A stretch of 64,000 nt of DNA, taken from positions 2,912,001 through 2,976,000 of the forward strand of contig OZ271854.1 of assembly GCA_965601925.1 (NCBI GenBank). Reading direction: 5' to 3'. Source of the stretch: Alkalispirochaeta sp. GTDB taxonomy: Bacteria; Spirochaetota; Spirochaetia; DSM-27196; Alkalispirochaetaceae. The stretch's first letter is position 1. The number at the start of each line of letters is the position of its first letter. This document shows, one piece after another, positions 58,946 to 64,000 of the stretch. The notes under the pieces are model-generated. The model saw nothing but the letters and a program-made list of their open reading frames with translations. It did no database searches and had not been told where the DNA came from. The position numbers were made by a program, and so were the translations under genes.

Positions 58946-60687
58946 ACGATGCTCAGAAAGACGGCGGCCGTCCACGTGTAGGCGGGGTCGACCAAGGGTT
59001 CTCCCGTCTCGGGGTGAAAGTTTTCGGCAAAGCCGCTCGTCTCGACCAGCCGCAGAAACTTTTCTTCGATGCGATCCGCCGCGTCGGCATCGCCCAATGC
59101 GCGTAGCCCCATCACCGCGAGTAAGGTCGACGGAGCCCAGATCGGTCCGCGCCAATAGTTTTCCGCCTCGTAGTAAGGACTCTCGGGGGCCTCGGTGGCC
59201 AACCCCCATTCGGTCTCGCACGCCGCAAATCGTCGGAGCACCGCACCTTGCATCTCCCGGGGCAGCTCGTCACCGAGCAGCGCCGGTAACGCGGCGGAGA
59301 GGCTGCCGGAGTCGATCGTCTCGCCGGTGGGCACGTGGAGGGCGACGAAGCGGTCTCCCCGCCACAGCTCGCCGACCAGAGCGGCGCGGACACGGTCCGC
59401 AGCGGCGTCCCAGTACCGACTTTCCTCCTCGGCGAGCCCCAACCGTTTCGCCCATCGGCCGAGTACGCGGCACTGTATAACGAGGTACGCGTTAAGATCG
59501 GGTGGCACGATCGGAACCCCGGCGCGTAAAAGTGTGGAGTTGTCCCACCCCGAATCGTTGCCGTGGAGATAATGACAGAGATCGTGACCTCCAATGCGCC
59601 GGTGCGCAAGCCACCATTGCGTAAACGCCGCAATCGACGGATACGCCTCGCGTATGCGCTCCTCCGTCCAGAACTCCGGGACGGCATCCTCCAAGTAGTG
59701 GACGATCACCCCCTGAATCGGCGGTTTGCTGAAGTTGTAGTGTATGAATCCGTCGTCGACGGCATCGGGATATGCGCCGTACTCGTCCTGATGGTCGGCA
59801 ATAACGCGATACTGATCGAAGGCGAGCTCTGCGTGAGCGTGGGCGATGCCGGTCATGTTGATCCAGTTGTCCCAGCTCCACACCGCGTCCATCCAGTTGA
59901 GGGACATGAAAACAGCCTCGCGCCGCAGCAGCCCGCCGGGCGACTGGGTGCACATCCAGATGAGAGCGGTCGCCCGCTCGGCGGTGACGCGATGGCGCTC
60001 CTCGACGGAAGGGAACGCCGACAGATAATCCCGCCACTCGTCTTCCAACGATTGTCGCGCACTCTCGGCCGACCGACGAATCGGCGGAACCCACGTGCTC
60101 CAGAACTCATCGATTGCAACCTCGACGGTGTGGTCGGCAGAGGGATGTATCGCGATATCTGCTCGCGGCGTGACTTCACCGTCCCACGTAGCATCGAGGT
60201 CGATCGAGCCGGAGAGGACCTCGACACCGTAGCGTCGCAACCACGATCGGGCATTGACGACGACCCGACTTCGGTCCCGGCGATAGGCAACGGCGTGACT
60301 GGTGTTCTCGCGCCGGCTGCTGCTTACGAAGGCCGACTCCAACCGAAACGCGACCGTACCGACGATACGGAGTGTCGCGTTCCCCTCGAAGAAGAGAACG
60401 AGTGCGTTACGTCGACTCCCGATATCGATTGCGACCGAGCCGGGTGCGCCGCGATAGGCGATTTCCGCCTCGCTCTCCACCACGAGGCGGAACACGGTAC
60501 GGGAGACGATCGGGCGCGATCTGTTGGTCCTCAGATACAGACCCGGACCTCGTGGGGCTCGGTCGCCGTCATCGAGTACGGCGAGGTTCATCCATGAGCC
60601 TCGGCGGCTTATTGGTGTGCGCCGCGGATCGAGCCGCACCGGCGTATTCGTCCCGTCGACGGAACGGGGTTCATCCACGAGCGGCAC
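58912..60687 (-). CDS. GH63/MGH1-like (alpha/alpha)6 glycoside hydrolase
   Basis: WSWD, KPP, HGNDSGWDNS, YWRGPIW, GFAENF, YTWTAA. Confidence 0.85.
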   Translation of the reverse strand: MPLVDEPRSVDGTNTPVRLDPRRTPISRRGSWMNLAVLDDGDRAPRGPGLYLRTNRSRPIVSRTVFRLVVESEAEIAYRGAPGSVAIDIGSRRNALVLFFEGNATLRIVGTVAFRLESAFVSSSRRENTSHAVAYRRDRSRVVVNARSWLRRYGVEVLSGSIDLDATWDGEVTPRADIAIHPSADHTVEVAIDEFWSTWVPPIRRSAESARQSLEDEWRDYLSAFPSVEERHRVTAERATALIWMCTQSPGGLLRREAVFMSLNWMDAVWSWDNWINMTGIAHAHAELAFDQYRVIADHQDEYGAYPDAVDDGFIHYNFSKPPIQGVIVHYLEDAVPEFWTEERIREAYPSIAAFTQWWLAHRRIGGHDLCHYLHGNDSGWDNSTLLRAGVPIVPPDLNAYLVIQCRVLGRWAKRLGLAEEESRYWDAAADRVRAALVGELWRGDRFVALHVPTGETIDSGSLSAALPALLGDELPREMQGAVLRRFAACETEWGLATEAPESPYYEAENYWRGPIWAPSTLLAVMGLRALGDADAADRIEEKFLRLVETSGFAENFHPETGEPLVDPAYTWTAAVFLSIVYRRTRTGRAS

Positions 60688-60828
60688 CCTCCTGAGAATC
60701 TACGATTTCGATGCGATCCTCGCACGCCTCGCGAACGAGAATCCGCGGATAGGAACGTATCGACCACTCCCCGTAACCCACGCAGAACGCACAAACGACG
60801 CAGGTCTCCCGCGCGACGCGGCGGAACG

Positions 60829-61683
60829 TCACGACTCGCCTCCACGGCGCGGCGGTTTGGACGAGGGTGTCCGATGGGCGTCGTCCCGGCCGATCTCATC
60901 GAAGAATGCGAGGGTACGCCTGATCTCGCGTGAGTCTCCCGGCGGCATCGCGTGGGCACCGCCGGGTAGGCGCAGATACTCTGCGCGCACACCCGACTCG
61001 CGAAGGGCCCGGTACATCGTCTCGCTCTGGGACGGTGGAACGAGGCCGTCTTCATCGCCGTGGACGAACAGGTGCGGCACGCTATCCGGCCCGGCGTACA
61101 TAATCGGACTGAGCGCGCGCGCCGCTTCATCATCGCCGTCGGTCAGTTGACCAACGATGCGGCGCACCATTTCCCTCTCCCGTTCGTCGACGTCGGTGAG
61201 CCGTCCGTACGCGCCGATGTCCATAGGACCGCACCACGATGCGACCGCGCATATGGCGGGATCGTTCGAGCGCGGGTGCAGCGCCATGCGGTGGGCTGTA
61301 AGCGAGGCGAGGTGGCCGCCCGCCGATACGCCCCAGAGGTACCATCGTTCCGCCGGAACGCCCTCGAGCTCGGTGAGGTCCTGCGTCGCGGCGAGCGCAT
61401 CGCGGATGTCTTCCGCGAGCGTCGCTCCGGCGACCTCGGTCGCAAAGCGGTACTGTATCGCCGATAGTGCATAGCCGTGACGCAGAACGGTACGAAAACC
61501 GGGGGGACGATCGTTGGTGCCCGTCTCCCAGCCGCCGCCGTGGATGTATACGATGACGCCTCGGCGTTCGGTCTCCGGGATATACAGATCGAGTGTCAGA
61601 TCGCGCGTCGCCGAGCGCGTCGGGGCGGCACGATGCACGGGCCACTGTGCGACGAGGCGCGCTCGCCAGTATGTATCGTCCAT
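60829..61683 (-). CDS. Alpha/beta hydrolase (esterase/lipase)
   Basis: HGGGW, GVSAGG, HGDEDGLVP, H near the C-terminus. Confidence 0.88.
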   Translation of the reverse strand: MDDTYWRARLVAQWPVHRAAPTRSATRDLTLDLYIPETERRGVIVYIHGGGWETGTNDRPPGFRTVLRHGYALSAIQYRFATEVAGATLAEDIRDALAATQDLTELEGVPAERWYLWGVSAGGHLASLTAHRMALHPRSNDPAICAVASWCGPMDIGAYGRLTDVDEREREMVRRIVGQLTDGDDEAARALSPIMYAGPDSVPHLFVHGDEDGLVPPSQSETMYRALRESGVRAEYLRLPGGAHAMPPGDSREIRRTLAFFDEIGRDDAHRTPSSKPPRRGGES

Positions 61684-61692
61684 AAGCAATCC

Positions 61693-61810
61693 TGATATAT
61701 TTCAGAAGAGAGGGTATCACGTCGTCCGATACCGCGCTAAGTGCCTAAAGGGCCAAAAAATGAAAAATGTTTGACAGAATCGGCGTTTGGAGGTAGTCTG
61801 ATATATATCA
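61693..61810. promoter_or_regulatory. Divergent promoter region with two TGATATATxTCA palindromes (GntR/FadR-type operators)
   Basis: TGATATATTTCA at 61693; TTGACA(61771)-17-TAGTCT(61794); perfect TGATATATATCA at 61799-61810. Confidence 0.7.
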
Positions 61811-61837
61811 ATTGAGATGAATGGTATGTCAAACTGA

Positions 61838-62809
61838 ATGAGTAGTAGCGCTGTAGATATCACATCGAACACCGATATAACCGGTCGTCGCAGGGGGCTC
61901 GGCGAGCAAATCTTCGCAAATATGCGAAATCGGTATCAACTATACATCCTCGCTCTGCCGGGGTTTCTCTTTCTGATTTTCTTTCGCGTCATACCGGGTG
62001 CGGGCTCGATCATCGCGTGGCAGGATTACAATATCTTCGCCGGATTTGCCGACAGCGAGTGGGTGGGCTGGCAGAACTTCCGCGATATGTTTCAATACAA
62101 CTTTTTCGGGCGCATCTTTCGCAATAGTCTCATTATCGGCTTTCAACGGGTACTTTTCTCCTTTCCCGTGCCGATCATCCTGGCGCTCCTGCTCAACGAG
62201 GTCCGCAATCGACGCTTCCGTCGGACGGCCCAAACGTTGGCCTACTTTCCCCACTTCTTGAGTTGGGTCATCGTAAGTCAGATCTTCTTAAACCTTCTCA
62301 ACCCCGACGGAGGCCTCGTCAACGTCATGCGCGAACGCCTGTTCGGCCTGGATGCGCGTTTTTTCATGATCGAACCGATCTTTTTCCGGCCCGTGGTCGT
62401 GATCTCCTACATCTGGAAGCAGGCGGGCTTCGATTCGATCATCTACCTCGCCGCTCTCACGGCGATCGATCCGCAGTTGTACGAGGCGGCCTCCATCGAC
62501 GGCGCCTCGCGGTGGAAGCAGTTGTGGCGTATCACGCTCCCCTCGCTTCTACCCACGATCGTTACGCTCTTTCTCATCAACATCGGGCGCTTTCTCGAGA
62601 TCGGATTCGACCAGATCTGGACGCTCTCCAACCCTCTCGTGTGGGAGGTCGCCGACATCTTCGATACGTACGTGTATCGTGTCGGACTATTGGAGGGGGC
62701 GTACAGTCTCACCACGGCGGTCAACTTGTTTAAGGCCGCGCTCAGTTTTGTGTTGCTCTTCGGCGCCAATGCGGTGGCCAAGCGAGTGACCGACACGAGC
62801 ATTTTTTGA
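61838..62809 (+). CDS. Carbohydrate ABC transporter permease (LplB-like)
   Basis: PHFLSWV, LYEAASIDGASRW EAA motif. Confidence 0.93.
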   Translation: MSSSAVDITSNTDITGRRRGLGEQIFANMRNRYQLYILALPGFLFLIFFRVIPGAGSIIAWQDYNIFAGFADSEWVGWQNFRDMFQYNFFGRIFRNSLIIGFQRVLFSFPVPIILALLLNEVRNRRFRRTAQTLAYFPHFLSWVIVSQIFLNLLNPDGGLVNVMRERLFGLDARFFMIEPIFFRPVVVISYIWKQAGFDSIIYLAALTAIDPQLYEAASIDGASRWKQLWRITLPSLLPTIVTLFLINIGRFLEIGFDQIWTLSNPLVWEVADIFDTYVYRVGLLEGAYSLTTAVNLFKAALSFVLLFGANAVAKRVTDTSIF

Positions 62810-62816
62810 GGGTTGT

Positions 62817-63728
62817 ATGGCTCTTCGTTTCGGCACCGGACTGAGGGATGCGCAAAAGATGGGAGCGTCCATTCCGGGACAAATTACGATTATCGTCGCC
62901 TTGAGCCTCTTCTCGTTGACGATGCTCCTCCCCTTCGTGAACGAGATCGCGAAAAGCTTGAGCGATCCGGAGCTGGTTACACGAGGGCTGGTGGGCCTTT
63001 GGCCGCGCGGGCTCACCCTCGGTAACTACGCCTATTACTTGGATCCGGAGTTCAACGGACTATGGCGCGCCTTTTACAACTCGTTCTATATCACCTCGAT
63101 CGGGACGGTATGGAGCGTCTTCTTCACCGCCTGTATGGCCTACCCGCTCTCCAAAGCGCGCAGCGACTTTCGCGCCGGTCCCTTCTTGTCCGCTCTCTTA
63201 GTCTTTGCGATCGTCTTTTTTCCACCGATGATTCCCTATTTTCTCGCCGTGCGTAGTTACGGGCTCATGAATACGCGCTGGGTGATTATCCTCGCCCACA
63301 CGATCGGGCCGTTTTTTCTCATTATCGTGCGTACCTATTTTCGGAGCTTGCCCCGCGACCTGTTCGACGCCGCCGAGATCGACGGGGCCGGAGACTTTCG
63401 TCAGGCGTTTCAAATCGCCTTTCCCCTCGCCAAGCCCGCATTGGCCACCATCGGAATCTACACGGCGGTCCTGTTGTGGAACATTTATCTGCACTCGTTG
63501 CTCTTTATTCGCGATCCGAGTTTGATGCCGCTCCAGCCGGTCGTCCGCTCGTTGGTCGCCACCGCCGAGGACGTCGGTGCGGTGACGCTTGAGTACAACC
63601 CGTTTCGCAACTCCGAGTCGGCGAAGAGCGCGCTGGTCATCATCTCGACCGCGCCGATACTCTTCGTCTATCCACTTATGCAGAGACACTTCACCAAGGG
63701 AGCGTTGCTCGGCTCGGTGAAGAGTTAG
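62817..63728 (+). CDS. Carbohydrate ABC transporter permease
   Basis: DAAEIDGA, YPLMQRHFTKGALLGSVK. Confidence 0.93.
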   Translation: MALRFGTGLRDAQKMGASIPGQITIIVALSLFSLTMLLPFVNEIAKSLSDPELVTRGLVGLWPRGLTLGNYAYYLDPEFNGLWRAFYNSFYITSIGTVWSVFFTACMAYPLSKARSDFRAGPFLSALLVFAIVFFPPMIPYFLAVRSYGLMNTRWVIILAHTIGPFFLIIVRTYFRSLPRDLFDAAEIDGAGDFRQAFQIAFPLAKPALATIGIYTAVLLWNIYLHSLLFIRDPSLMPLQPVVRSLVATAEDVGAVTLEYNPFRNSESAKSALVIISTAPILFVYPLMQRHFTKGALLGSVKS

Positions 63729-63755
63729 ATCACACGTATGAAGGAGGGATCTTCT

Positions 63756-64000
63756 ATGGAACAGATACGACGAACCGTTATGACTCTCACCGCGGCGGTG
63801 CTGCTCGTCGCCGTTGCCGGCTTCGCCGTTGCCGGCGGAACGGAGGAGGCGACGGACGCCGGAGAGACCTATCGTTTCTCGTTCGCCACCGGCCCCTGGG
63901 ATGTCGGGCAGGGGCGGATCGACGTCAGCGAGCAGCCGGAACATCCGTGGTTTCAGTACGTCGAGAACCGTCTCGGTATTGCGCCTTTGACGCAGTCGTG
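63756..64000 (+). CDS. Extracellular solute-binding protein, 5' part
   Basis: AAGGAGG RBS; MEQIRRTVMTLTAAVLLVAVAGFAVAGGTEEA...; open to the window end, after two permeases. Confidence 0.8.
   Translation, partial: MEQIRRTVMTLTAAVLLVAVAGFAVAGGTEEATDAGETYRFSFATGPWDVGQGRIDVSEQPEHPWFQYVENRLGIAPLTQS

Overview
GC-rich bacterial chromosome segment, probably from a free-living Spirochaetia-type organism (inferred from the lipoprotein signals and the 'FAVAGGTEE'-type solute-binding protein signal). Housekeeping genes: purK 5' end, an nrdA-nrdB ribonucleotide reductase pair whose beta subunit carries the Chlamydia-type class Ic (Mn/Fe) signature, and valS. Most of the rest is an accessory patchwork: GNATs, aldo/keto reductases, SDR, Gfo/Idh/MocA oxidoreductases, regulators with visible operators, a class III adenylate cyclase, a GGDEF-EAL protein, two sulfatase maturases with a TSUP exporter, and a GT4/GH63/ABC carbohydrate cluster. 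The best candidate for an undescribed system is at 29.4-34.3 kb. A small Asp-motif (isoprenoid-synthase-like) protein ending in Trp is followed by three tandem ~6-TM HisKA_2 kinases with divergent sensor domains and conserved cores, two of which share an apparently identical 635 bp. This resembles a polymorphic signal/receptor (pherotype-like) locus. Also noted: a structured repeat bracketing a lipoprotein gene upstream of valS, a Flavo-1-like structured element, and an AT-richer protease/lipoprotein island. No rRNA, tRNA, CRISPR array, integrase or transposase was recognised. All family calls come from motif recognition, not database searches.
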